Assembly (NCBI GenBank): GCA_965197745.1
Contig: CBDANS010000005.1
Span: 384,001-448,000, forward strand
Direction: 5' to 3'
Length of the DNA: 64,000 bases
From: Opitutales bacterium
GTDB taxonomy: Bacteria > Verrucomicrobiota > Verrucomicrobiia > Opitutales > PNEW01
A program made the translations under genes and the position numbers. Positions 34,942 to 48,079 of this stretch are shown in pieces (within the stretch, counting starts at the first letter, position 1; the number at the start of each line of letters is the position of its first letter). The notes below the pieces were generated by a model. That model ran no database searches, was not told where the DNA came from, and worked only from the letters and a program-made list of their open reading frames with translations.

Positions 34942-35385
34942 ATGAATTATCAGAAATATCAAAAAGGCTTGATCATCCTTGTATCCATGGTGACACAAAT
35001 AGGATTGTACGCCCAGATTGTCCCGGACGCCCCAGTCATTGATTTTAAATTGCCGATGTTTGGTGAGAATGGATATAAAATCTGGGACCTTCAAGGGGAT
35101 GAAGGCCGCTATATCAATACGGAGAGAATTGATGTTATAAATCTCAAGCTGCGTGTTTTTTCAGGAGATAGTTCATTGCTGCTTGATACTACTATTGAGA
35201 GTCCCGAAGCGACTATGCTTATTCGAAGTAACAGGGCATTAAGTAATTCGTCCATACGCATGGTGGGCCCCAATTATCACATTACCGGTATGATTTGGCA
35301 TTGGGAAGGATCCAAACGAACGCTTGTCGTGAAAAAAAATGTACGCGTTAAATTTCAGGACACTTTAACGGACATATTAAAATGA
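34942..35385 (+). CDS. lptC: LptC-like LPS export protein
   Basis: N-terminal anchor, beta-jellyroll-like pattern, first gene of the lptA-lptB run. Confidence 0.6.
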   Translation: MNYQKYQKGLIILVSMVTQIGLYAQIVPDAPVIDFKLPMFGENGYKIWDLQGDEGRYINTERIDVINLKLRVFSGDSSLLLDTTIESPEATMLIRSNRALSNSSIRMVGPNYHITGMIWHWEGSKRTLVVKKNVRVKFQDTLTDILK

Positions 35386-35975
35386 ATAACTGGTTACTCA
35401 CATCGATTTTCATTCCGCTTTTAATATTCGGTTATAATTCTGTGAAAGGGGATGAAATAAAGAGTGAAGAGGGCTACCCTCCTATGACTTGGGTTAATAG
35501 CGAATCCCTGGAAATGAAAAGCACCCCGGAGCAGAACTTATTTTATTTTTCCGGTAATGTGCGAATAATTGGTAACAATCTTCTTGTGAAATGTGATTAT
35601 CTCGAAGTCACTACGAATCGTACCGGAGATGCGGAAGCGACAATTGGTCAGATTGGGATAATAAAAAAGATAATAGCGATAGGGTCGGTAGAGATCTTTC
35701 AAGCGGGACGCGCTGCGACTGCGGGGCATGCTGAACTGTTGCCTGATGATAATATGATCGTGCTAACTGACTCGCCCCAGATAATAGATCAAAAAGCAAC
35801 AGTCAGCGGTTGGCGCATCACTTTAATGAAAGGTAAACGAATGGCTATTGTTGAAAGTAATCCGGATGATCTCAGTGATGGGCGACCTACCGTAGTTCTC
35901 GATGCTCTGCCAGACCTTGGATTTAGTGATGAAAATGAAGAAAACGCGGAAAACGAAGTTATCAATAACGAGTAA
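35382..35975 (+). CDS. lptA: LptA/OstA-family LPS transport protein
   Basis: Signal peptide; FSGNVRI, AIGSVEI, IVLTDSP; upstream of lptB. Confidence 0.8.
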   Translation: MNNWLLTSIFIPLLIFGYNSVKGDEIKSEEGYPPMTWVNSESLEMKSTPEQNLFYFSGNVRIIGNNLLVKCDYLEVTTNRTGDAEATIGQIGIIKKIIAIGSVEIFQAGRAATAGHAELLPDDNMIVLTDSPQIIDQKATVSGWRITLMKGKRMAIVESNPDDLSDGRPTVVLDALPDLGFSDENEENAENEVINNE

Positions 35976-36007
35976 TTAGACTCCGCGTGATATTCACATA
36001 ATATTAG

Positions 36008-36742
36008 ATGAGTGCAGCTCGATCATATATTCAGATTAACGGTCTCGTGAAAACATACGGGAATCGCGAAGTAGTGGATGGAGTGGATTTATCAGTACGT
36101 GCGGGGGAAATTGTCGGCTTGCTCGGACCCAATGGAGCGGGAAAAACGACAACATTTTATATCATTGTTGGTCTCATACCGGCGACGAAAGGATCGGTAT
36201 TTTTTGACCAGTTTAATATTACGCGCACACCTATGTATAAGCGAGCGCGATTGGGCATTGGATACCTGCCTCAGGAGCCGTCCGTCTTTCGTAAATTGTC
36301 GGTTGAAGATAACATTAAAGCTATTGTAGAGACATTACCCATGAATGGCAGTGAGCGAAAGGAATGCACAGCCCGTCATCTCAATGAGCTTGGCCTTGCC
36401 CATTTGGCCTCTCAAAAGGCTTTTACCTTAAGTGGAGGGGAAAGACGCAGATTAGAAATTTCACGCGCTCTTGTTACAACCCCTAAATTTCTGCTTATGG
36501 ATGAGCCGTTCAGTGGTGTCGATCCCATAAGTATCAACGATGTCCAGGAGATTATCGTGGGACTTAAAAGAAAAGGCATCGGTGTTTTGATTACTGATCA
36601 CAACGTGCGTGAAATGCTTCGCATCGTTGATCGCGCCTATCTTCTCCATGAAGGAAAAGTGCTTTGCGAGGGGAGTAGTAATTTTCTTATTAAAGACCCC
36701 CAGAGCCGTCGCTTTTACCTGGGGGAAAACTTCAATCTCTAA
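36008..36742 (+). CDS. lptB: LPS export ABC transporter ATPase
   Basis: GPNGAGKTT, YLPQEPSVFRKL, LSGGERRR, DEPFSGVDP, ITDHNVRE. Confidence 0.97.
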   Translation: MSAARSYIQINGLVKTYGNREVVDGVDLSVRAGEIVGLLGPNGAGKTTTFYIIVGLIPATKGSVFFDQFNITRTPMYKRARLGIGYLPQEPSVFRKLSVEDNIKAIVETLPMNGSERKECTARHLNELGLAHLASQKAFTLSGGERRRLEISRALVTTPKFLLMDEPFSGVDPISINDVQEIIVGLKRKGIGVLITDHNVREMLRIVDRAYLLHEGKVLCEGSSNFLIKDPQSRRFYLGENFNL

Positions 36743-36750
36743 TCCTGCTT

Positions 36751-37710
36751 ATGTCTCTGAAATCTAAAACAAAACACACAGAAAGCATCTCCATTGAAGA
36801 TTTTTTGCATGCCTTTGAGGAATCGCTTAAATTAACTTTAGTCGCGGGAGAGCCGGGCCTTAAGAAGCTGATACGGGATAAAAGCATAAACCGCCCGTCC
36901 ATCGCATTAACGGGTTATTTGAAACATCTGGCTTTCAAGCGTATACAACTCTTTGGGGCGGGAGAAATGGGCTACCTGCGCGAGCTTTCTGAAGATGACC
37001 AATACAAGGTTTTAGTCGAAATGGCACGGAAACATATAGTCTGCATTGTGATTTCACGTAATCTCCTTCCGACAAAAGCAATGCTCAAAATAGCTGATGA
37101 ATTTAAGATACCACTCATTCGTACTCGCCTCGCTTCTCGTGATTTTATGGTGAAAAGCACCCTGCTCCTGGAATCAATCTTTGCCCCACAGATAACAGAG
37201 CATGGAACGATGATGGATATTAAAGGAATAGGAACCCTTTTGCGGGGTGAGAGCGGGATGGGGAAGAGTGAATGCGCGCTCGCTCTAATTGAGCGTGGCC
37301 ATAGCCTTGTCGCTGACGATGTTGTTTATGTTAAACTTATTAACGAGCAGGAATTGATGGCCACCAGCTCGAAATTAAATCGTGGTTATATGGAATGCCG
37401 GGGGCTCGGTATTATAAATATTGCTGAACTTTTCGGAATACGCTCGGTCCGCCTGGAAAAGCATATTGACCTGGTTGTCACCATTATCGATTGGTCTCAG
37501 GGGATGGAAGAGAATAGAACCGGATTAGAAGAAAATTATTATAATATTCTGGATATGAAAATCCCCCATATTGAACTGCCTGTCCGCCAGGGGAGGGATT
37601 TGGCCCGTCTTGTGGAGGTTGCCGCTATGACCCAGGCCCTCAAACTCATTGGGCACGATCCCGCGAAAGAATTTAACGACCGCCTGATTAAATATATGGC
37701 TCAGCACTGA
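36751..37710 (+). CDS. hprK: HPr(Ser) kinase/phosphorylase
   Basis: INRP, RIQ, GESGMGKSECALALIERGHSLVADD, ECRGLGII, GRDLA. Confidence 0.96.
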   Translation: MSLKSKTKHTESISIEDFLHAFEESLKLTLVAGEPGLKKLIRDKSINRPSIALTGYLKHLAFKRIQLFGAGEMGYLRELSEDDQYKVLVEMARKHIVCIVISRNLLPTKAMLKIADEFKIPLIRTRLASRDFMVKSTLLLESIFAPQITEHGTMMDIKGIGTLLRGESGMGKSECALALIERGHSLVADDVVYVKLINEQELMATSSKLNRGYMECRGLGIINIAELFGIRSVRLEKHIDLVVTIIDWSQGMEENRTGLEENYYNILDMKIPHIELPVRQGRDLARLVEVAAMTQALKLIGHDPAKEFNDRLIKYMAQH

Positions 37711-37759
37711 AATGAGATTATTGGAAAAATAATCTTTTTTTCTAAAAAAAAAGTTGCCG

Positions 37760-38247
37760 CCAGGAGATTTGAATTGCAATCTTGGAGCACTTTTTGGGGG
37801 CGGATTCAGGAGCAACCCTCTTGAAAACCGCATAGTTATCAGGGTTGTTCCACGAGTGATGATTCTATTAATGTGGCAACATTTTTTTTCTAAAGTTATC
37901 AGCAATTATAATGTGAATAAGTTGTTAGAAACTTGAACTTGAAATCATTCATGCAATAGAAAATTCTGAATTTCTCCACTGGGGTAACACAAATGTTTTA
38001 AACTTTTGGACTTTGACTTGGTGCACTTGATAACGACTCAATTAATCTTCTGTATATTATTATAAGTAATTTATTTATAATGGTTTATAACATAAATAGG
38101 GAACTTCAATCGGTTGCTATGCGGCCCTCTGATCGATGCGCTATTAAACACTTTTGGGGTCATTTTGTCTCTCGCCTCAGCCTCCAATTCCCGCCGTTCG
38201 ATGCCTCATTTTTTATCTGTGAATAAATTCTCTTATACCCTGATAAA
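37760..38247. other. Probable replication origin (oriC)
   Basis: ~540-bp intergenic region before dnaA; consensus-type DnaA boxes TGTGAATAA (=TTATTCACA) at 37912-37920 and 38218-38226 plus degenerate boxes (e.g. 37872-37880, 37896-37904); very AT-rich tract ~38040-38100. Confidence 0.65.
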
Positions 38248-39651
38248 ATGTCGCAACATTCTGTAAAACAAGATCTTTGGAATACTTTAAAGGGTGATTT
38301 TGAAAAGCTGTTTCCCCGAGATATCTATGAGACTTGGTTTGAACCCGTCTATGGTTTGGATGAAAATGAAAATTCTTTAACGCTCGCCGCACCGAATGAA
38401 TTTTCTGCTATCTGGATTCAGGATAATTACCTGGATTTAATCGGTCAGAAAGCGCGGGTGCTGGTCGGGCGCTCATTGGATATCATTGTTAAAGTTTCCA
38501 ATGATGAGATCCCCGAAATTAATAGTCGGTCGCCGAATCTATCGGAGGATCGTCAAGAGGAGACACGAGCCTTTGTCAGGAAAGAAAGCCAGCGTCAACT
38601 GGAGGAAACGCTTGCCCGGAAAAATTTCTTCCTTAATCCGGCCAATACATTTGAAAACTTTATAGTGGGGTCGAGCAATCAATTGGCCCATGCGGCAAGT
38701 GTAGCCGTAGCCAAAGCTCCAGCAAAAGCTTACAATCCTCTTTTTCTTTATGGAGATAGTGGATTGGGTAAAACGCACCTCATGCATGCTGTCGCTCATT
38801 ACATCGTCGATCATAATGCGCGTGCTAAAGTTATTTATGTTTCCTGTGAAAAATTCACAAATGAGTATATTCGCGCTATCCAGGAAAATAACCTCGTGAA
38901 TTTTCGCAAAAATTACCGCAACATTGATGTCCTCCTCATTGACGATATACAATTTCTCGCCGGTAAAGAAGGAATTCAGGAGGAGATATTCCATACATTT
39001 AACGATCTCTTCGAGTCACAAAGGCAAATTTGTCTGACGAGTGATCGTCAGGCGAGTGAGATTTCCAAACTGGAAAGTCGGCTCTTGTCTCGGTTTCAAT
39101 GGGGTATGGTGACGGATATTCAGGCTCCTAATCTTGAGACACGAGTGGCTATTCTCACAAAAAAGGCGGCTGCCCGCGGGTATGAAATATCAGAAGAAAT
39201 AATTCAATTCCTGGCTGAGCGTATCACTCGTAATGTCCGGCGATTGGAGGGAGCCTTGACCCGGGTAGCCTGTGCCTCAGTCATTCAGAAGCCGCTGGAT
39301 ATTGCCCGTGTAGAACAATTACTCCAGGATATACTTCAGGAGGAAGTGCTTAACCGGATCACTATCGAGATGATACAGAAAAAAGTGGTTGAATACTATC
39401 AACTGCGAATCAGTGATATGATGAGTAAGCGTCGCCCCAATAATATCGCCTTTCCTCGACAGATTGCGATGTACTTAAGTCGCTTGCATACCAGTCACTC
39501 ATTACAAGATATAGGATCAGCTTTTGGTGGCCGAGATCATGGGACTGTCATTCATGCCTGTAAAACAGTAGAGAATATTATGGAGCAGGATGAATCAGTT
39601 ACGCGGAGTGTAGATTACTTGACAAAACAGCTGACTAATCAGAATCCATAA
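38248..39651 (+). CDS. dnaA: Chromosomal replication initiator
   Basis: TFENF, YNPLFLYGDSGLGKTHL, LLIDDIQ, RLLSRF, PRQIAMYL, FGGRDHGTV. Confidence 0.98.
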   Translation: MSQHSVKQDLWNTLKGDFEKLFPRDIYETWFEPVYGLDENENSLTLAAPNEFSAIWIQDNYLDLIGQKARVLVGRSLDIIVKVSNDEIPEINSRSPNLSEDRQEETRAFVRKESQRQLEETLARKNFFLNPANTFENFIVGSSNQLAHAASVAVAKAPAKAYNPLFLYGDSGLGKTHLMHAVAHYIVDHNARAKVIYVSCEKFTNEYIRAIQENNLVNFRKNYRNIDVLLIDDIQFLAGKEGIQEEIFHTFNDLFESQRQICLTSDRQASEISKLESRLLSRFQWGMVTDIQAPNLETRVAILTKKAAARGYEISEEIIQFLAERITRNVRRLEGALTRVACASVIQKPLDIARVEQLLQDILQEEVLNRITIEMIQKKVVEYYQLRISDMMSKRRPNNIAFPRQIAMYLSRLHTSHSLQDIGSAFGGRDHGTVIHACKTVENIMEQDESVTRSVDYLTKQLTNQNP

Positions 39652-39654
39652 TAA

Positions 39655-40176
39655 ATGGAACTGACGAATGAGCAGCATCAGGCCCTGGAAAAATGGGTGA
39701 ATGAAGGATTATCGTTGTCGGATATCCAGGCTCACTTGAACGATCACTTTGCGCTTTCGCTAACCTATATGGAAGTGCGGTTTTTAGTGGATGATCTAAA
39801 CCTCACTTTGCAAGAGGAGGACACAACATCCCAACCAGATGATTCCCTGGGTAAGACTGGGAGCGAACAGCTTTTGGATTCACCTGAAAATTTATCGGAA
39901 ACGGGCGTGCATGCAGCGAATATAAGCTCAGAAATTTTTGATGATAAAGATGATATAGGATCTACGCTGGCAGTGGATGTCGATCGGATAACCAAACCGG
40001 GATCGATAGTGAGTGGTAACGTTAAATTCAGCGACGGAGTCAGTTCTGCCTGGTTTATAGATCAGTTTGGGCGGCTGGGCCTTAATCCCTCGCAGGAAGG
40101 TTACGAGCCAAGCGCTGAAGATTTAGAGGTTTTCCAAAAGCAACTGCAAATTGCCTTGCAAAAACACGGAATATGA
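39655..40176 (+). CDS. Hypothetical protein
   Basis: 173-aa ORF starting 3 nt after dnaA; two ordered blocks (TYMEVRFLVDDL; GNVKFSDG..W.IDQFGRL) joined by an acidic linker. Confidence 0.8.
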   Translation: MELTNEQHQALEKWVNEGLSLSDIQAHLNDHFALSLTYMEVRFLVDDLNLTLQEEDTTSQPDDSLGKTGSEQLLDSPENLSETGVHAANISSEIFDDKDDIGSTLAVDVDRITKPGSIVSGNVKFSDGVSSAWFIDQFGRLGLNPSQEGYEPSAEDLEVFQKQLQIALQKHGI

Positions 40177-40182
40177 GGGGTT

Positions 40183-42192
<2,010 letters not shown>

Positions 42193-42247
42193 CTAAATCA
42201 GATGCAAAAACCGGGTGATATATAATTTAAGAATGTCCTGAAGACGG

Positions 42248-42661
42248 TCAGGTAATATTAAGGGAAGATTTTTTATTCCCTACAGGATAAATATTAATTT
42301 CAAGCAAGCGTCGATAGGGTTGCAAGCTCAGATAAGCGATAACCGCCACGATTGCGCCCAAGGTATCGGCAATCCAATCCATCCATTCGAAATAACGGTG
42401 GGGATTCAGGTATTGATGCCATTCATCGCTCAAACCAAAAAGTGAAGTGATTAATATCGCAATTAAGGCGTGCTTTATAGGCATTTTATTGTCTTTAACA
42501 ACACGAAATATCAAAGTAGCGAGAAGGCCGAAAATGAAAAAGTGTGCTGTTTTGTCGATGGCTATAAAAGGTAAGATCGCAGGTAATTGGGGAGCGCTGC
42601 CGCCCGATGAATAAACGATGGTAAGAGCAAGGGCAATTGGCCATATCATGCGATGCAACAT
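42248..42661 (-). CDS. VanZ-family membrane protein
   Basis: DKTAHFFIFG, SDEWHQ, DWIADTLG. Confidence 0.88.
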   Translation of the reverse strand: MLHRMIWPIALALTIVYSSGGSAPQLPAILPFIAIDKTAHFFIFGLLATLIFRVVKDNKMPIKHALIAILITSLFGLSDEWHQYLNPHRYFEWMDWIADTLGAIVAVIAYLSLQPYRRLLEINIYPVGNKKSSLNIT

Positions 42662-43112
42662 TTTAGGAATGTTAATATATTACTGGCTTTTTCACAAGTA
42701 TAGAGAGCATTCATAAATACAAATAGTTTCGTTATTTGAGATAAATTTGTAATTTATTTTTTGACAATGAGGAGCGATATTTAGACTTAAAACTGAAACT
42801 GCTTGCTTAATAAATAAATCAAAATAGGAGTATTTTCTGTGTGGCTATTGGTTTTATGGCATGAATGTTAAATTTGAAAATACAGATTATACCCGAATCT
42901 CTTCGGAGTTTTATATTTGCTCATGTCAGGATCTGACAATTTACTGTTTCCTTATAACCCTAATATGGGATAACCAACAGATACTGAAGTAACCGAAGTT
43001 ACGATGATATTCTCTATTTCTCAAGCTGACTAATTTTAATATAATTCCCTAATTGTAAATCCCTGCCCGATAGCACCTGTCATTTATGGGGCACACACTG
43101 TGATAAAAATCT

Positions 43113-46100
43113 ATGTCACCCTCTTTAAATAATGATCGTAATGTGCTGGTTGAGGACGTGATCACTCAAGCCAGAAAAAAGGTAAATAAAAAGAATCTCA
43201 AAATAACAGAGCGGTATATACACCAGTATTATAAGTCGGTATCCGAGGGAGATCTGAGAGAAAAAAAACCCTCGCAGTTGAGTGGTGCAGCCCTGGCGCA
43301 TTTCAAATTTGCCCAGATGCGAGAGCCCAAAGTACCGAAGGTCCGTATTTATAATCCCGACCTGAAAATTGATAATTGGGAGTCGACGCACACGATTGTG
43401 GAGATGGTTAATGATGACATGCCATTTCTCGTCGATTCACTGGGGATGGTTTTAAACAAACATGGGATCTCTATTCATTTGACGATTCATCCTATCCTCA
43501 AGGTTCGTCGCGATGCAAGGGGCAAACTAAGAGAGATCGCTGCCGGTGACGATGAAAGTGAAAACCTGCATTTGGAATCTTTTCAGCATGTTGAGATCGA
43601 TCGAGAAACAAATCCAGAAAAGATCGACCTCCTGGAAAAGGATATCAGAGCATCCATGTGCGATGTAAGGGCCGCGGTCGAGGACTGGTCGAAGATATGC
43701 GAGAAAATAAAAATAACTTGTCAAGACCTGGATCACAAGCCGCCACCCCTGGAACTGATGGAAGTTGCCGAAAGTAAGACCTTCCTGGAGTGGATGGTTG
43801 ATAATAATTTTACTTACCTTGGCTATCAGGAATATCGATTGAAAAAGAATAACCGAAAAGTTGAATTATACCCGGTGAAAGGAACCGGTCTGGGTGTTCT
43901 GCGAGATGGGCACCATAAGCAGTCACCGAATAAAGTACTCACGCCTGAAATTTTACCAAAACGGGTACAGTCGAAAGAACTCCTTATTATTACCAAAGCA
44001 AATTCTTACGCGACCGTTCATAGAAGAGCTTTTTTGGATTATATCGGCGTTAAAATATTCAATAAGAAAGGGAAGTTAACGGGAGAAAATAGAATTATCG
44101 GTCTATTTACATCAGTCGCCTACAATCGCAGCGTAGAGGAGATACCTTTTATTCGGCACAAGGTTAAGCAGGTGATGGAGCGATCACAGCTCTATTCCTC
44201 CAGTCATGCGGCCAAAGAGCTGCTTAATATCCTGGAAACATTTCCCCGCGACGATCTTTTTCAAAGCTCGTTGAATGAGTTGTATGACATATCCATCAGT
44301 ATCCTGCACTTGCAGGAACGCCAAAGAGTAAAGCTGATCATACGGCATGATCCCTTTGGCCGTTTCTTCTCCTGTTTGGTCTATATCCCACGCGATCATT
44401 ATAATACTCAAATACGTGAACGTGTTCAGGAAATTTTGATGGAGGATCTTCAAGGATGCTCCCTCCAACATGCCATTCGGCTTTCCGATTCAGTTTTAGC
44501 ACGCGTTCATATCATAGTCCGAACTGAACTGAGGAAAAAAATAAAAATTAATGTCTCAGAAATCGAAGAGAAAATAACGGCCACGGTCCGCTCATGGAAG
44601 GATACCCTGCATCAATCCTTGATCGAAAACTATGGAGAAGAAAAGGGCCTCAGCTTCTTCAGAAAATACGGCAATAGTTTTTCCGCGGCTTATCGAGAAG
44701 ATATCGCTCCCTCTGTCGCGTTCCTGGATGTTGCGGAATTAGTTGCCCTGGGGGAGAGCGAGGACAGTCTCCACCTCTCTCTTTATGAGGAGGTTTCTCA
44801 TCCCGAATCTAATCTAGGTTTAAAACTATATCGTCGAGGAGGCCCCATCCCGCTCTTTGATGCCCTACCCATACTGCGCCATATGGGGCTGAGAGTCATC
44901 AGTGAGCGGCCTTATCGTGTGAATATTAAGAGTGAGAAAAATGTATGGATTCAGGACTTTGAAATGATACATCGACTCTCAGATACTTTGACTTTGGCAG
45001 AGGTAAATAAAATTTTCGAAGATGCTTTTGTCCAGGCCTGGCGGCGCACCATGGATATTGATGGATTTAACAGGTTGGTTCTCAGTGCGCGTCTTACCTC
45101 TCGACAGACGACTTTGATTCGCTCCTATTGTAAATATTTAGTGCAGGTGGGAGTGCCTTTCAGCCAGACATACATGGAAAGAGTGCTTTCAGAAAATGCT
45201 TCATTGGCCAGACTGCTGATCGATTTCTTCGAAATTCGCTTTTCCCCTGCGCATAATGAGAAGAGGCGAAATCGTGATATGCGTTTGGTGATAAATAAAA
45301 TTGAAGATGAACTTAACGCCGTAGCGAGTCTTGATGAAGACAGGATTCTTCGCAGCTTTTATGATTTAATAAGCGCTACTCTCCGCACTAACTATTATCA
45401 ACGAGGAAAAGAGGGTGACGTTAAAAGTTATATCTCGTTTAAATTAGACCCTCATAAAATACCCGAATTACCCCAACCGCGACCGCAATTTGAAATATTC
45501 GTTTACTCCCGTCGTTTTGAAGGGGTGCATCTACGCGGAGGCAAGGTAGCGCGTGGCGGCATCCGCTGGTCAGATCGAAGAGAAGATTTTCGTACGGAGA
45601 TTCTGGGTTTAATGAAAGCGCAAATGGTTAAGAATACCCTCATCGTCCCGGTAGGGGCGAAGGGGGGATTTGTCGTCAAAAGGCCTCCCCTCGATGGGAA
45701 TCGCAATAAATTAATGGAAGAAGCAGTAGGATGTTATCAAAATTTTATTCGCGGACTGCTTGATTTAACCGATAACTATTCAGGGGATAAAGTAATATCG
45801 CCAGAGGCGGTAGTGCGATATGATGATGACGATCCTTACCTTGTTGTCGCGGCCGACAAGGGCACGGCCACTTTCTCAGATATCGCCAATGGGGTTGCCC
45901 AGGAGTACGACTTCTGGCTCGGCGACGCCTTTGCCTCAGGGGGTTCTGCAGGTTATGATCATAAAAAAATGGCTATCACTGCGCGTGGGGCCTGGGAATC
46001 GGTAAAGAGAAATTTTCGTGAATTAGGAGTTGATACCCAAACCAGCGATTTCAGTGTTATTGGGATGGGAGACATGTCGGGGGATGTTTTTGGAAATGGG

Positions 46101-47963
46101 ATGCTTCTTTCTCGCCATATATTGTTAAAAGCGGCGTTTAATCACCTCCATATTTTCCTCGACCCCCATCCGGACCCGAAAACGAGCTATGTTGAACGTG
46201 AACGGCTTTTTAAATTACCGAGATCTACGTGGGATGATTACGATAAAAAATTAATCTCTAAAGGGGGCGGAGTCTTTTCCCGTCAGTCTAAATCGATTAA
46301 CCTGAGCGCGGGAGTTAAAAAAATGCTGGCCCTGGATGTCGATGCATTGACCCCTCATGAACTGATCAAAGCAATTTTGCGCATGCCCATTGACTTACTT
46401 TGGAATGGCGGCATCGGCACTTATATTAAATCCCATGGTGAATCCCATTTTGAAGTCGGCGACCGCAGTAACGATAGTGTGCGTGTCAACGCAAATGAAC
46501 TGCAGTGCCGTGTCGTAGGGGAGGGGGGTAATCTAGGCCTCACCCAGCTTGCACGTATCGAGTTTGCGCTCAATGGGGGTCTTATTAATAGCGACTTTGT
46601 TGACAATGCAGGGGGTGTCGACTGTTCGGATCGCGAAGTGAATATTAAAATACTCTTAAACGTCGTAAAGCAGAAAGAAAAGCTGACAGTTAAAAATCGA
46701 AACCTGCTTTTGAACAAAATGACTGATGAAGTAACCTCCCTTGTCCTCGATGATAATTATCTCCAAAGTCAGGCTATCAGCATGATGGAAGCCCACGCTG
46801 CGGATCGTGTAAGTGAACATGCCCATCTCATTCACATCCTGGAAAGCAAGAACCAACTTGACCGGGCATTGGAGTACATTCCTTCGGATGATGAAATTAT
46901 TGAGCGCAAAAAAAATGGGAAAGGTTTAACGCGCCCGGAACTGGCCGTGCTTCTCGCTTACAGTAAGATTGCCCTCGATGATGAATTGCTGAAGTCAAAC
47001 GTCCCCGAAGACCCTTATTATTTTGCAGAAGAACTTGAGCGCTATTTTCCGGCCCCCGTGATAAAACGTTATACGCATCTGATGCCTTTTCATAATTTGC
47101 GTCGTGAAATAATAGCGATGCGGGTAACCAATAGCATGGTAAACCGGATGGGTGCGACTTTTGCTTATCGAATGTGGGAAGAATGCGGTGCCGATGCTGC
47201 CAGCGTTGCACGGGCATATACGATCGCACGCGAAATCTACAATACCAGGGAGCTGTGGGAGTCGATTGAATCGTTGGATAACAAGGTCCCAGCCAGTATC
47301 CAGTATTCCATGATGTTCCAGACAAGCCGGCTTTTGCGAAGAGTAACACACTGGTTGCTGGATGTTCCCAGGCGCTCAAAAAATATATCGGCGGCGATAG
47401 CGAATTATCATCATGGCATAAATACCCTGACTGAAATACTCCCAGATTTAATTGTCGACGATGATCTAACACGATTCAAAGAGATGATGCAGGAATACAT
47501 TGGGGTAGGAGTTCCTAAAGAGGTGGCAAAAAGAATTTCCGTCTTGAATTCTATTTATCCGGCATTGGATATAGTGGAAATTGCTTTAAATGCAAAAAAG
47601 AAAGTCGCCCATATTGCTTCCATCTATTTCAATTTAGGGTCATGTATGTCTTTAAACTGGTTGAGAAACCAGATCGAAATATTGGAAGTGGACGGGCACT
47701 GGTCGGCCGTCGCAAGGAGAACACTCCGTGATGATCTATACCATCTCCACCGCATTCTTTCCTCACAGGTAATTGTCCATGACGGCAAATCGAAAGCGGA
47801 AAATGCGGTGAATAACTGGTTGCATCAACACCGGGTTGAGACTGACCATGTCAAAAATATCCTTAATGACATGAAATCTGCCGGAGAAATGGATTTTGCA
47901 ACTTTATCTGTAGCGGTACAGGAAATTCGAAAACTCAGTCAAATGAATTCTGGAGGGCGATGA
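43113..47963 (+). CDS. Large (~180 kDa) NAD-specific glutamate dehydrogenase
   Basis: DDMPFLVDS, ARGGIRWSDRREDFRTE, VVAADKGTATFSDIAN, GYDHKKM, GDMSGDVFGNG, GGVDCSD. Confidence 0.96.
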   Translation: MSPSLNNDRNVLVEDVITQARKKVNKKNLKITERYIHQYYKSVSEGDLREKKPSQLSGAALAHFKFAQMREPKVPKVRIYNPDLKIDNWESTHTIVEMVNDDMPFLVDSLGMVLNKHGISIHLTIHPILKVRRDARGKLREIAAGDDESENLHLESFQHVEIDRETNPEKIDLLEKDIRASMCDVRAAVEDWSKICEKIKITCQDLDHKPPPLELMEVAESKTFLEWMVDNNFTYLGYQEYRLKKNNRKVELYPVKGTGLGVLRDGHHKQSPNKVLTPEILPKRVQSKELLIITKANSYATVHRRAFLDYIGVKIFNKKGKLTGENRIIGLFTSVAYNRSVEEIPFIRHKVKQVMERSQLYSSSHAAKELLNILETFPRDDLFQSSLNELYDISISILHLQERQRVKLIIRHDPFGRFFSCLVYIPRDHYNTQIRERVQEILMEDLQGCSLQHAIRLSDSVLARVHIIVRTELRKKIKINVSEIEEKITATVRSWKDTLHQSLIENYGEEKGLSFFRKYGNSFSAAYREDIAPSVAFLDVAELVALGESEDSLHLSLYEEVSHPESNLGLKLYRRGGPIPLFDALPILRHMGLRVISERPYRVNIKSEKNVWIQDFEMIHRLSDTLTLAEVNKIFEDAFVQAWRRTMDIDGFNRLVLSARLTSRQTTLIRSYCKYLVQVGVPFSQTYMERVLSENASLARLLIDFFEIRFSPAHNEKRRNRDMRLVINKIEDELNAVASLDEDRILRSFYDLISATLRTNYYQRGKEGDVKSYISFKLDPHKIPELPQPRPQFEIFVYSRRFEGVHLRGGKVARGGIRWSDRREDFRTEILGLMKAQMVKNTLIVPVGAKGGFVVKRPPLDGNRNKLMEEAVGCYQNFIRGLLDLTDNYSGDKVISPEAVVRYDDDDPYLVVAADKGTATFSDIANGVAQEYDFWLGDAFASGGSAGYDHKKMAITARGAWESVKRNFRELGVDTQTSDFSVIGMGDMSGDVFGNGMLLSRHILLKAAFNHLHIFLDPHPDPKTSYVERERLFKLPRSTWDDYDKKLISKGGGVFSRQSKSINLSAGVKKMLALDVDALTPHELIKAILRMPIDLLWNGGIGTYIKSHGESHFEVGDRSNDSVRVNANELQCRVVGEGGNLGLTQLARIEFALNGGLINSDFVDNAGGVDCSDREVNIKILLNVVKQKEKLTVKNRNLLLNKMTDEVTSLVLDDNYLQSQAISMMEAHAADRVSEHAHLIHILESKNQLDRALEYIPSDDEIIERKKNGKGLTRPELAVLLAYSKIALDDELLKSNVPEDPYYFAEELERYFPAPVIKRYTHLMPFHNLRREIIAMRVTNSMVNRMGATFAYRMWEECGADAASVARAYTIAREIYNTRELWESIESLDNKVPASIQYSMMFQTSRLLRRVTHWLLDVPRRSKNISAAIANYHHGINTLTEILPDLIVDDDLTRFKEMMQEYIGVGVPKEVAKRISVLNSIYPALDIVEIALNAKKKVAHIASIYFNLGSCMSLNWLRNQIEILEVDGHWSAVARRTLRDDLYHLHRILSSQVIVHDGKSKAENAVNNWLHQHRVETDHVKNILNDMKSAGEMDFATLSVAVQEIRKLSQMNSGGR

Positions 47964-48079
47964 GCCCCCTGTGTATTAGGATTACAGGCAGGACAATAGA
48001 CTTTGCTGCGCCTGGCGCACCGATGGGCATCCTCATGGCATAATCTTTCAAGTGCATTTTCGCTCAAAAAAACAATCGT

